Part shown: positions 49,916 to 62,622 of the stretch, one piece after another | How positions within the stretch are numbered: position 1 is the first letter of the stretch | How the letters are laid out: the number at the start of each line of letters is the position of its first letter | NCBI GenBank assembly: GCA_052426225.1 | Contig: JBNJNM010000011.1 | Coordinates: 558,001-622,000 of the forward strand | Direction: 5' to 3' | Length of the DNA stretch: 64,000 nt | Source: Zancudomyces culisetae HAW-14-8 | Lineage: Eukaryota; Fungi; Kickxellomycota | Position numbers and translations under genes: made by a program | The notes under the pieces: model-generated | What the model saw: only the letters and a program-made list of their open reading frames with translations | What the model was told of the DNA's origin: nothing | Databases searched by the model: none

Positions 49916-52900
49916 AAATACATAATTTTGGTAAACTATCACACCATATCTTTGCTCCTCGTTTATTAGGAAAGGATACACTATGCTTTGTTAATTACCT
50001 TTTTAATAGATTTATTTTATTTTATTTTATTTTATTTACAAAACATAATTAGCGTTGTACCATCAAGTAATAGAACAATAGATTCAACCACCTTTATTCT
50101 ATTACAGCTCACCTCACCAGTTTGCACAGAATATTATAAAACTAAACAACAACCAAAATGCGGGCCAAATAACTTCAAGATCTAGTACAGGGTGCATACG
50201 CAGCACTAGTATTAATGTTTTTCAGTTCATATCTTTGGTAGTAGTTCACACTCGTCCATGATGAAAAACTGAAAGTGGATGACGGCAAATATCAAATCTT
50301 CAAGCTCGACTTTTAAAGCTTATTTCGCAATTTATTTTCTTTTTGACAAATATAGTAGTTTTGAAATGTTCACACCCAGCGAACCCCATACACGGTCTGC
50401 AAAAAAGACAAAAAAAAAGGTAAAACCTCTTTCTTCTACTCCCTCACAAGCAATGCACAAGGAATTAAAGGATGAAACCCAAACCGCCCTTGCAGGCAGT
50501 CACAGATAACTCTCGGTTCGAAGTTATATTTAGTGGGCCTTCTACTTACGTAATGAAAATGACCTGAGGAAAAACAGCTAGGTCTCGGGCAGCCACCATG
50601 CAAGAAAAAGTCCGAAAAAAAAAGAGACGACTGGAGCAAAGACGGGATGTCATCGCAACAGCTTCTCAATCCTTAAACCAACTCCCTTGCTGGGCCTTCC
50701 AAGGCTGATTTTCCATAAAATTACGCGGTAAAAAGAGCGAACCTTAAATTAAGCAATGAGTTTCTTGTAATTCGCGGAAAAAAGCAGCTTTTTATACTAG
50801 CAGTAAAAATCTCAAATAAAATCTAAAGTTTTAAAATTATGGGGATTTAACAAATATTTGATCCAAGGTTCTTTTTTCTTTAAGGTGAAATAGGAAATTG
50901 AATGAGTGAGATCGAGTATTAGCACATTTGCAACCAACACGTTTTCTGTGCTTAAACCAGACCCAAAAAGTCAACATCAAGCCTTATGGTTGCATACCAA
51001 TTGATTCAGTCGTTTCTATTACTAAATTGGTGAGTTTCAGAGTTTTTTTTGACGGAATTAAGATGTATCTAAATGACCTTGGTTTGTTACATTATTCGCT
51101 AGGATGAGAAATCGTAAAGTAAGCATCACTACAAGTAATAGAAAAAAATGTGCTTTTTAATAGCGACAGGAAGCTTCCTGTCGTGTTTCACACCTGTCCC
51201 CACCTTTTTCAGCGGATGGGGCCACCTTCCCTCAAAAATATACTAAACGGGACAACGGTTTATAGAATCGAATTCAATAAAAGATAGTAAAGAGTGCGTA
51301 TAAGTTAAAAAGAAAATAGAAAGCGAATGAAAAGTATCTAGTAGCTACTGGACTTCTGTATACAAAGATAAATGTTTGAATAAGCAATATAACAGTAGGT
51401 AAATCCAGTTGGCATTCAACTCAAAGTACTTAAAAAATATTATCGGCCAAACTTTTCACGACGCTTCTCCAATTTTGCTTGACGCTTGGATTTCGCAGGT
51501 TCGGCTGTCTCGCTGCCATTTTGACCCATATGGGATAAAAATGGCAGTGACTTCTTAGTGAGGATGTAGATAAGGTATATTGGGATCTATTTGGGAGGTG
51601 TTGGCAGTATTAAAAATGAGTAACCAGCAAAAACATAATCAACCATAATTATGCGTATTTATTCAACATATCTAAGAATACCATGCAATAGCTTACCGCG
51701 GAATACAACCACCACGCAAAAGAGGTGATCAAGGATAGTAAATGAACAGCCCATGTAATGTAAATTATGTCAAACATGTATCTAATCAAAGAGTATAACG
51801 TTTAATTATTTCTGCCTGAGCGATAAAGTAAAAACCGTGCCTCTCAGTACGATATCGATACGGTGCTTTATACCGTTATGTTGTAAATATTTTAAAATGT
51901 GAATTATAGGTATATATATAGAACAACTCTTACGAAACTAGACCAGATTCCGATAAATCCTGGCCAGGTGATACCAGAACACCATTTGAATCATATTTTG
52001 GGCGTGAAATGTTGAATAGTTGAACATAAATCAGTGCTTCTAAGCTCAAAGTAGCTGCATAAATAAGTATGGATCCCCAAGTTACGGTTTTCCAATTGAA
52101 AAGAAATCGAACAACAATATAGATCCCCTAATCATGTAAAATTCGCAAGATACGTTAGTATTGGAACAAGTATATTAACACATGAATATGATTGTACAAT
52201 TCCAAAATTGCAAAATTGTGCGTTTCTGTATTTAAAAGTGGCCAGAGACTATATGGGTTATTTTAATTTAAACTTACATTAACAATCAAGAATGCTGTGT
52301 CTGTACGCTTGATCATGTGTGAATTCGAGGAAACTATTTTCTTTGCCGATGCATTCGCCTATTTCAAGAAAGTAGTTTATTCTTATATGATATACTTCCG
52401 TGGACGTGCATAGCACATATATTATATTTCAAAGAGACATTTCCATAAACAGGTTCGTGGTGTTTCGAATCCAAATTACCAATTCAAGAGTAATTTTAAA
52501 AAAAGGAATATGTATAGAGTTTCACTTTTAAAACTTGCCATTTTCGGTAATTCGCGGTGTTTTTTTTAACTTCTGTACTACTATCCCTTGGTTAATTTTA
52601 AATTACGGTTCTGGGAATATACTAACCTAATGCCTACTATCCAAAAAGTAATAAAGTGCTAGTCTATTACCACAAGAAAATTTTAGTTAAAAGTTCTTTT
52701 GGTTTTACAAGTCTTGAAAATACTTTAAATGAATGGTGCTAATGTATTTGGAGCATTTCGATTTGCAGAAAAAAGCTGAAGGTTGCATGAAAATGGGCTT
52801 TCAAAAAAAAAGGGTGAAAATGGTGACACAACTGAAAAAGGTGGAGCCAGAAATAAAAGGCTTAAAGTAGTGCTGTAAACAACAATTATGTGAGAAAAGT

Positions 52901-53827
52901 GTCCAACTAAGAATGAACAGACGGTATACAAGGGTTGAAGAGGCTCCGAGTTATATTTATGACTTTTTTGTACCCTTGGCTTGCTGTGCGCCCTTGATTG
53001 ATGATGTTAAGGCGGTGTTTAGGATCTTTTGTAGCAAACATGCACTACCAATTACCATCAAATAACCGAGAAATAGTATCTTCTTTTTATTATACGTTTA
53101 ACTGTTATTTCTCAATCTAACTAGATTGGATACGAAGGATGCATAATATAATTTTTTGAAAACGATGTAGAAACTAATATATGTGTAAGACTCATAGCTA
53201 CAACGCTGCGATTGCAACCTTTTGTTGATTTATGTTCATTTTTGTCATCATCATTGCCCAAATTTTACCTACCTCAGGCACATGTTTAACTTTCGCTCGG
53301 TGAACATTCCAAATAGATAAAAGTATACACACAATTATCGATATTGTATATACTTGTATATGCCCTAATAGCGATAGTTCACAAAAAGAATTGGCTCGTG
53401 ACTTTATCTCCAATCACCCTATTTGTTTTGCGATGGCACCCTGGATTTATAATCTTGTATAACATAATCCTTTCTTTAGAATTCCCAATGTCAAATAATG
53501 CATTTGCTGTGTTTAATCAAAACGAAATGCTTTGCTCTGAAATGTTATGGTTTCCAAAAATCGCCAATTGGCAACGATCACGAAAATAGTTCAAAAATAA
53601 ATAAACAAATAAATAAAAACACGCAAAATTCGCTTTGCTCATACATCTTTTTTTTTTCTCGTGTGTCTTTGTTAAATATATTTTATTTTAGTTCTAAAAA
53701 TCAATTTTTAAATTGAGTATAAAGAATCGGGTACATTGTCAAAATAAGAAAAAAATATAAATCGAATTTCATAATCGTCGAAACCGAGTACTATATACCG
53801 AAAATATACATGTCACGAACGAAAAAA

Positions 53828-56800
53828 ATGATTATAAACAAACCAGAATGGGTGCATCATGACGGTAAAGCACAGCTCTAGTAGTAATTAGATAGCTTGA
53901 AAGTAAAAAAAAATCTTAATCATATCCGATATCTTTTGCAAATACAAACTATAGCGGACAAAAAGAATTTAACTGCGATATTTTCTGTGGACATTAACCC
54001 GGATTGTACGAGGCTGGCAACTGCTGGAATGGGTAAGTTTTGATCAACTGGATAGCTTCTAAAATTTCAACAGTACAATGATTTTATTAATCTTTGGGAG
54101 AAAAACCACGATCGAGTACTACCATTACTTCACATTATAACTCTGATGTGCCATGTTTTTTTGTGTAGACAATAAAATCCGCGTTTGGGACATAGAAACA
54201 ATTCTGGATGCTGAAAATATTCATGATAACGAAAAAAAGAAGCCGCTATCTGTACTTACATCGCATGTTGGTACGTGTTTTTACTAAAAGGATAAAATAT
54301 TGTATAAACACACAGGAAAAAAAACGTGAAAAAGGTATAATATCATTTTACCTCAACAAATAGGAGCGGTGTTATGTGTAAGATTCTGCCATGGAAAGGG
54401 CAATAAAATAGTATCAGGGGCAGACGATATGTCTGTATTGATTTGGGAGAAAGACGAGTAAGCCTTTTTTTTTCTTGTGAGATGTTTGTAATTTATGTTA
54501 AATACGCCATTTGTGCATCTTTTTTCGTATTTAATGTAAATATGTAAAATGAACACTTAGAGAAGGAAGAGTAGAGGAACGGGGTAACTTGGAACAGGTG
54601 GATAAAGAAATGGAACATTGGAGAGTAATTAAAAGATTAACAGGTCACGAGTCGGATGTGGTTGATGTATGTTGGTCTCCACCAGACAATAAATATCTGG
54701 CATCATGTGGGTTGGACAATGTGGTTTTTGTGTGGGATGGTAAGACATTTGAACGACTTAGAAAGCTTAATGAACATTCAGAATTTGTCAAAGGGCTGTC
54801 TTTTGATCCAGCAGGACAATATCTGGCTACCCAGGTACGTAAGATTTCCTACCTCCTTTTAATTTATTTTCTCTTCTAGTGCATAGCCATTAGAAAAATA
54901 AAGCGAAAAGGTAAAGAGAAATAGTTTCTATTTGCTAAATGCCGGAATAAATAAATAATACTTGATCTTAACCATAGTCCGATGATAAGACCCTAAAGAT
55001 ATGGCGAACTAACGATTGGAAAGTTGAGACAACGATAAACACCCCATTCGAAAGCTCCAGATATTCTACATATTTTAGAAGATTAAAGTAACGAACTACA
55101 CTTTTAATCATCTATCATATATCATTTCATTAGATTGGTTGTGCCTATCATCAGGCTGCTTTGGTTTGATGACAAACCGTAAGAGCTGACAGTAAAAATG
55201 GCTGATACAATTATTTTTAATATTAAATATATATAGCTGGGCTCCGGACGGAAGTTGTATAGTATCAGCAAATGCAGTAAATGGAAATACACCAGTAGCG
55301 TCAGTAATAACACGTACTGGTTGGAGAAGTGAATTGGCGCTTGTAGGGCATCGGGCAGCAATAGAGGCAGTGAAATTCAATGATCAGATATTTGTGGCAG
55401 ATCTCGAAAACAACAAAGAGTACACAACGGTTTGCGGGATAGGAAGCCAAGATCGTTCGATTTCAGTATGGATGGGCATACAGTCTGTTCCATTGGTAGT
55501 TGTTGATGGGTTGTTTTTGGGAAATATAATGGATCTATCCTGGGGAAATCTCCACAAGGCTAGTGGATGGAAGGGGCTTATGGCCGTATGTTCATATGAT
55601 GGAACGGTAGCCATTTTGGAATTCACAAAGGAAGATCTAAAAGCCCAACCAGTTTCTAGAATGGAGCAGCAAAAAGTGCTGGAGCGTTATCATTTGGGTG
55701 ATAAATTAGCAAGGTTTAATTCAGAAGACGCACGGGCTATTAAAAAAAGAAAGGCGTGGGGAATAGCGACGTTAAATGAAGATACATATCGATATGATGA
55801 CGAGCGGGGTGAAAGTAGCATGCAAGGCCAGCAAAATACGGAGGGCAAAGAGTTAAACTTGAAAAATACTCCTAGTGGTACTAATTTGGAGCTGGCTGGC
55901 TACACTGCTCCCAGTACAAAAATAGTGGTAATAGATGTTGATGGTGGTACTGAAAACAGTCAAGAGCCTGCCCCAGAAAGGATTTCTAATAAACGAGCTG
56001 CTGAAAATGTTGAGCAGCTAATACTGGAACAAAAATATCACGACTTCAACAAGCGACTTGCCTTGGAGCATGACATGCAAAACAAGGTGGAAAGCGAGAT
56101 TGGTATGTGTTTAATAGATAGTGACTCTGTAAAGAGTGCGGGAGGAGTCAATAATGCTCACACATCCACTAAACCCGCTGCTTTTGGGGGCGATAGGGGA
56201 AGTGGGGATATGTTAGCAGAGGGTAAAGTCACAAGTGTCAAAGCCAATGAAAACACTGAAGTGAATCAGGTTGTTACAAGAAATGCAGAAGGCAAAAAGC
56301 GCGTTGCGCCCACGTTCTTGCGATCGTAAGTGCAAAAGTATCTTTGAAATTACTGCTTAGCTAACACTTATTGTGTTTTTTTGGAAAATATTTCATATTA
56401 AAATTTTTCTGGTATATATGAAATAGGCTTGGAGGACCATCAACTACATCCTCAATGTCGGAAACAACCGGACTTCAATCCTCATCTTTTTCTCATCCCC
56501 ATTCTATATCTGCCACACCCAATACGCTACTGCAGACTGGTAGTGTTGGCGATCCCGGTTTCAAAGAAAAGGGGCTATTGAGTACCGCTGAAGCGGGTGT
56601 GGAGGCGGGCTTACTAAAAAGACTCATTAACATCAATCAAGGTCAAGGCACTAACATTGATGGAGGGCTATTGATTGAAAGATATATGAGGAGGATATTG
56701 AATATGATAGACGACCAAGTCAAAAGAAAGGTAGTAATACCGAATATGAATGTTTCTGTTGATATAAATGTGGATAAAAAAGATGAATATGCTAACAGGG

Positions 56801-58357
56801 ATATTGGCTTTCCATTGCCACAAATTGAAAAAAACATAGTCCGTATTGTTTACAACGATGATGAAAACACTAAGGATAACACGTCTGCAATTGAGATAAT
56901 ATGTTCGAATTATACATCCAGCAATCATGATAGTAGTAATAGTAGTCAGGAACAAGATTGCCGTACTATAGAAAAGGGTGGTGATAGGGCCGAAACTAAC
57001 GACGATAGTCCGCCAAAACACTCTTTTATTGCCAAAGTTTCGGCTTATCAATCTAGTAAAAACGATGAGTATGAAGACAAACAGGTCCTCTGGAATATTT
57101 ATTCTAATAGTCCGATAACCCTAATGAATACCAACAGTCCGAAATATGTAATATTTGGCTGTTATGACACATCCGTCAATATATATAGTATATTTGGTTC
57201 AAGGTAAAGATAATATAATTTATATCCAATTAGTTTGTAACAATGTTGCGTGAGCAGAAACTTGTACAATATATAAACATGACCTATAATAGCAAACTTT
57301 GAACTCTATAAACTATAACGCCAACGGGCTGGAATGCTGAAACATACATTGATAAAATAGGTTATTTCCACCAATAATACTGGGATCACAACTTGTAATT
57401 TTGGACCTAAACACGCAAAAAGACAACTACTTAATGGCAATGACGCAAAATGGGATGATAAGTGTCTGGTCAGTTTTGGAAGGGAGTGCTTCGGTTGTTA
57501 AAGCTATTATTTCTAAAGTTTCAGTAGCCCCATTGTTTTCTGGGATACAAGGTGATATATCTAGTAGCACAAAAAGCATTAAAGTTGTAAATGGAACGAC
57601 TAATAGCCTGACGGGCGAACCAATACTGGTTTTGTCAAATGGAAACGTGTACACTTATAATTTTGGATGCAACAGCTGGCTCAAAATCTTCGATCCCACA
57701 GAGCATCTCAATTCCAAAATATCATCCTTCCACTCACGCCCAAACAGCCTATTTTCAGCATACCAACTAGCTGGCCTATTGAACCATTCACACACTATGG
57801 ATACGGCTATTGAGCACGAATCCACTTTAGATAGGAAAACCACTGATGAATTAACCCTAAGCCATGTAGAATCGCAGTACCTAAATAGCAAGGCATTCGG
57901 TTGTCCTGAAGAAATGGTCTATTGGTTAAACCTCTATGCGCGTTGGCTTGCTACAAATGGTTCCGCCGAACGGATTTCAGCCTTGTGTAGTGATTTATTA
58001 GGCCCACCAAATACCAAAGGATTGTTAGCTTCATCATCCTACTCGACTATTACGAGCCCTACAACTACCAACTCTGCCAACTCTGCCAACTCTGCCAATC
58101 CTATCAATTCTCCACCAACCTGTAAAGAAAGTACTACTGAAACACTTCCCATATCTTCTGGGTCCATGAACACCACCTCTCAACAATCTGGACTGTCACA
58201 GTCAGGCCTACATTCTTGGGCTTGTTCGCTGCTGGGTATTCCAAAGCGGAAGCTATTGGCCCAAATTCTTCCGATCTTGGCCAGCGAGCGGAGATGCCAA
58301 ACCATTGTAGAAAACTATTCAAAAATTTTGGACACTTTAATATCTAGTGAAAAATAA
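53828..58357 (+). CDS. HIR1: Histone chaperone Hir1/HIRA, 9 exons
   Basis: Hand-spliced: MIINKPEWVHHD..IFSVDINPD..RLATAG, WD40 repeats (LTGHESDVVDVCWSP, FVKGLSFDPAGQYLATQSDDKT, FRRLNWAPDG), Asf1-binding B-domain EGKKRVAPTFL and a C-terminal HIRA domain (TLSHVE, YARWLA, LCSDLLGP). Confidence 0.95.
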
Positions 58358-58502
58358 CTCATCTCAAAAGTGATAGTGAATTCGAAATATTAGCTATTAA
58401 ACATATTTTACACGACTGTTCTGTTTATATACACACAAACTGATACCAAAATTTCTAAACGTCTATCTATTTTACCTTTTCTTTTTTCTAAAAATTGTAA
58501 GT

Positions 58503-60296
58503 TTACTTTTCAACTTTTGCTCTATTCTTCTTAGAAGTACCTTTAGCTGCATGCTTTGCTTTGTTTTTTTGGCCATCTAGCCTTTCTAAATAAAGCCCGA
58601 ATGCCCCAAGTTTGAAATCAAGCGGAGTGTATCCACATCCTTTAGGCGGTTTTAGCAGATTCTCAATAGAATAGTTTCGAATGAATATTGCCAGTATTGT
58701 TTTTAAAATCGCTACCGCATATTCTCGTGCAACACAGATCCTAGGTCCCGCACTCCATATTAAATTATAAGGAGAACAGTCGCTGAGTGATGCGCCCGCT
58801 CGGATGTGTCTCTTATAATCAAACTCTGCCGAGTTTTTTCCAAAAAACGAATGTGTTCTATTGTACGAATGCATATTAAATGTTGCATATCCGCCTTTAG
58901 GTATAGTAACTCCATTAGATAACGTAATATCGCAATTTGCTCTACGAAATAGAAATCTTGCTGAAGCTGATAATCTACAAACTTCTTTAATGAATGCATC
59001 TAGATAAACCATTTGATCCAACTGTGCGTACTTTAAATCGGATCCGTACTTCGCCATTATATCTTCTTGCTCCTTTCGTAACTCTAATAATACATCTTTG
59101 CGTAGCGATAGCTCTGTAAGAGCCCCGTACAACCTGGGCGAACATAAATCTACTCCCGTTCTTAATACCAGCAATAGCGAATATGAAATAATATGTGCAT
59201 CCTTTTGATCAAACCACTCCTTGTTTGAAGCTAAAAATTGTACTAAATCTCGCGGTAGTGTCCGTTTCAGGTGGTTTGTGCGAAGTAGAACTGCTGTTTC
59301 TAAATACTTTGTCAAATAATTCTCTCGGATAAACCTGTATTTGAATATCGCTGCCTTAACCCAATTGTATTTTGAAGGAAATACCGGCTTAGATGTAAAG
59401 TTCTTGATTGTTTGAAACAGTTGATGATTCACTATACCCATTTTCCCAAAATACCGAAGTAATAACGCATACAAAACTATATTCCTCAACATCCCTTCAA
59501 CATTAAATATTGCTGCCCCAGTATCTTTGTTTTTTATATATTTACTAACTTCGTAATTAATTATTCGTGCGATTGCGTCTTGGCATGTATCTATTGATTC
59601 CGGTAAATCTATCTTGGATATAAAATATGAAAAAAGCATTCCATATCTTTTATATTTTCCCGCCTCATTCTCCAGACATACCGCATAATACAATCCTAAT
59701 CCTGTAAAGTATATTCTTGATACATTAAAAATCTTTGCTGGAAGGCTTATAAACTCCCTCATAAACTTCCCCCCTATTACAAACATCTTATCCCCTGCAT
59801 ATCCTGTTGACAAAAATACTTTATGATTGAGTTCTGTAGGGTCTTCAAGCTTCAATACCTCTGTACTACCTTTTTCTCCACTCCTACTTGATACTGTTCC
59901 TTCAAACTGTGCACCCTCCTTTAGTACCTCCTCAAGCTCCCGAACTTTCACCACTCCCCGCTTTTGACTCTGCATATTTTCGATAACTTTTTTTTTGATT
60001 CCTCGTATCAATATTCTACTACTTATTATACTCAAACATACTATAACAAGTGCTTCTGTATATGATGCATTTAAGGTATAAGTATAGGTATCTCCTTCAC
60101 TTCGCTCCTTCACAGAATTGCACCATACCAAGCATATAACCCGTATAGTTATAATTCCATTCAGCACAAGTCCTAAAACCAGTTGTATGTGTTGGTGGAG
60201 TAAACTGAAGGTCACACTCTGTCCGATTCCTATAATTACCCAATCAGTAAGGACCTGTTTGGCGAGCATTAGTGCGTAATACGTGTGCTTTTCCAT
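58503..60296 (-). CDS. Cytochrome P450 (divergent)
   Basis: ELRKEQ, YLDAFIKEVCR (ExxR), GVTIPKG and heme ligand motif WSAGPRICVA. Hydrophobic N-terminus. Confidence 0.9.
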   Translation of the reverse strand: MEKHTYYALMLAKQVLTDWVIIGIGQSVTFSLLHQHIQLVLGLVLNGIITIRVICLVWCNSVKERSEGDTYTYTLNASYTEALVIVCLSIISSRILIRGIKKKVIENMQSQKRGVVKVRELEEVLKEGAQFEGTVSSRSGEKGSTEVLKLEDPTELNHKVFLSTGYAGDKMFVIGGKFMREFISLPAKIFNVSRIYFTGLGLYYAVCLENEAGKYKRYGMLFSYFISKIDLPESIDTCQDAIARIINYEVSKYIKNKDTGAAIFNVEGMLRNIVLYALLLRYFGKMGIVNHQLFQTIKNFTSKPVFPSKYNWVKAAIFKYRFIRENYLTKYLETAVLLRTNHLKRTLPRDLVQFLASNKEWFDQKDAHIISYSLLLVLRTGVDLCSPRLYGALTELSLRKDVLLELRKEQEDIMAKYGSDLKYAQLDQMVYLDAFIKEVCRLSASARFLFRRANCDITLSNGVTIPKGGYATFNMHSYNRTHSFFGKNSAEFDYKRHIRAGASLSDCSPYNLIWSAGPRICVAREYAVAILKTILAIFIRNYSIENLLKPPKGCGYTPLDFKLGAFGLYLERLDGQKNKAKHAAKGTSKKNRAKVEK

Positions 60297-60902
60297 CGTG
60301 TTTTTTCTCGTGTTACTGTTAGCATATCATATTTGCGCAACTAAATGAACTAGTTATTTGTAAATATTAAACAAAGGTATTCCTACAGCACATATAAACA
60401 TGACTCCAAAACGTATTTGCTTGTATTGTTTAGAGCATATATTCAAACTAGCACAGTTTTTTTTTTGCCTCCTTTTTTTTTGACTCAAACCCGTGTTAGC
60501 TAATTTTTGGTAACTTATTGGCCCCTTTTTCGTATAAAAAAAATGGATCACCATTCTGTGGATGCTACTGGTGAGTACCCAAAATAATCTGAACTGCATA
60601 ACAAAGTTCTTAACTTCCTTGGACTGTTTATTGTCTGGATATGCGTCGCCTTGCCTATTATATTCAAGGTTTTTGTTCTATATTGTGTATTCCAGAATCC
60701 ACAATTTCATTTATATACTTGAGGCTGAATCATTGTTCAAATGTAAACAAATACCCAATAGTTCTTTGGAATCTGGATATCTGTTTTTTCTAGATGAATA
60801 ACCAAACCAAGTATTTTTTCACTAGGCTTTATCCATTTTTAGTTTGAACTGTCCCAATAATGGTAAAAGTATCTTTTAGTCATGTTATCAACTATACTGT
60901 TA

Positions 60903-60958
60903 AAACTAAAACTAAAACTAAAACTAAAGCTAAAACTAAAAACTCAAAACTCAAAACT
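60903..60958. repeat. (AAACTA)n / (AAAACTC)n microsatellite
   Basis: Directly visible tandem units. Confidence 0.8.
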
Positions 60959-61199
60959 CTGGAGCAGTGGGTATATGCTGTATTTGCACTCCACACCAAG
61001 TAATATTCTAGGAATGCTGGTAGTAACTAACTTTTCTAAAAGCAATTCTAAACAAAGCGAGACTCCGAAAGCTCAATAAACCAAACACCCAAAAAAATAT
61101 TTTCAATTGTACCGAGTCAAATACTCGACCAAATTAACATACATGTTATACTATAGCCAACTACTAACACATATAACAGCACAATACAGTAGTTGGATC

Positions 61200-61700
61200 A
61201 TGTATTGGATAGGAACACACTTTTGTTCATTTCGTTACGGAATTTCAGTTCATAGCGTTTTGGATATATTCCAGTACCAACACGTCATTTCATCTGCAAA
61301 AGATATATTAGATAATTCCGATATTATGGTTTACCAACTACTCAAGGGTGTATGTAAAAAAAGTCTAGAACAGGTTTTAGATTTACCTGAAAATGTAAAA
61401 ATTGATGCATTTATGTGGCCAATTTTTGAAAAAAGAACTCGGGTTTAGGTTATTTATCAATTCGGATTTCAGTTTCATAAGCCCGTTCTTACCTTTACTG
61501 CTTTTATTAAAAATCAAGGGTGTATATCGAATTTATGAAAATTGTATGATAACATCAAAATAAGCCCACGAATGTTTTCTTCGTTGAGCAAGTTCAAAAT
61601 AGTTATGGATGGATTAGAGAATATCTATCCTTGAAACGATTCTAGTTGATATGTTGAAGTTTGCCACATATAGTTTAAGATGTGGATGGAATTTAAATGA
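61200..61700 (+). pseudogene. Possible degenerate coding relic (retrotransposon gag-like?)
   Basis: Protein-like segments broken by stops and a frameshift (WPIFEK/ELGFRLF; IKNQGCISNL*; KFKIVMDGL) loosely recall Ty3/gypsy gag. No pol or LTR seen. Confidence 0.25.
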
Positions 61701-62622
61701 AAACTTATTTCTAAACATTTTGGACATTCATAGTTTTCGTTTTAATGATTTTAAATTGTATACTTAGCTCTTAGGCGTAAATAGAGCTTAAGCGCAAAAA
61801 AGTCGGCTGGTGGCCTGTTAGTTCTTACTCGTTCGGGAAACTATACACTTCTAGCTAACTAGCCGTTTTTTTACTATATCTCTCATGATTTTTGGATTTA
61901 CAACTCAAACAAAGCGAGCTCAGAATTATATTCCTCAAGATTCTGCTCAAGTTGAAAGAAGAAAATCTCGAGCTATTCAGCAAAAGGTAATATGCTAGGG
62001 TTATGCTTTAGAGTTCATTTATGAAATTAGTCGTTAGCACGTGAGCGTTATCATTTGTTTGCCCAAAAAACAGAACTTTATGTTTTTTGCTTTCGACTCT
62101 TTAAGAGAGTGATATTCTCTATCTATAAACCAGTCATCAAAGTACTAGTGCTAGGATATCTATTTTGTTGATAAACCAGGGTTAAACAATAGTAATCGTA
62201 CTTTTAGAATGCTACTCACAGCCATAAGTATTCGCAAGCTGGCTTTTCGGGTAGTTTCTGTTTATGAAAGACTCAGATTAAGTTTATATCTCAGCTGACT
62301 TGAACATCAATTTGCTTTTACTACTGTTAGATGCGTCTAAAGTATAACACGTATCTGTAGCCATACTATTTTATTTAGTTAAGAGAATTTTGCCATTTAT
62401 AGTGTCCCCTCTGGGCTTTGATTTACTGATATTTTGTAACGGTTGGTTCTTTTAATAGTCACATTTCACAAACAGATTCAAAGTTATGTAGTTGTAATAA
62501 CATAAGTAATTCTGTTCCTTTCAAAGCGTATTTAAATAAATTAATTATGATTTCTATTTTTCCATTTAAAAATATTCGATCAAAGGTTGAAAGGAAAAAT
62601 AGGAAAACATCAGGAAATAAAA

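Noticed and set aside
50549-50716. Minus-strand frame with in-frame TGA considered as a selenoprotein
   Set aside because: No similarity to selenoprotein families I know, no CxxU-type context, and no SECIS identified.
52440-52480. GTTTCGAATCC resembling a tRNA T-loop/B-box
   Set aside because: No cloverleaf, acceptor stem or A-box can be built.
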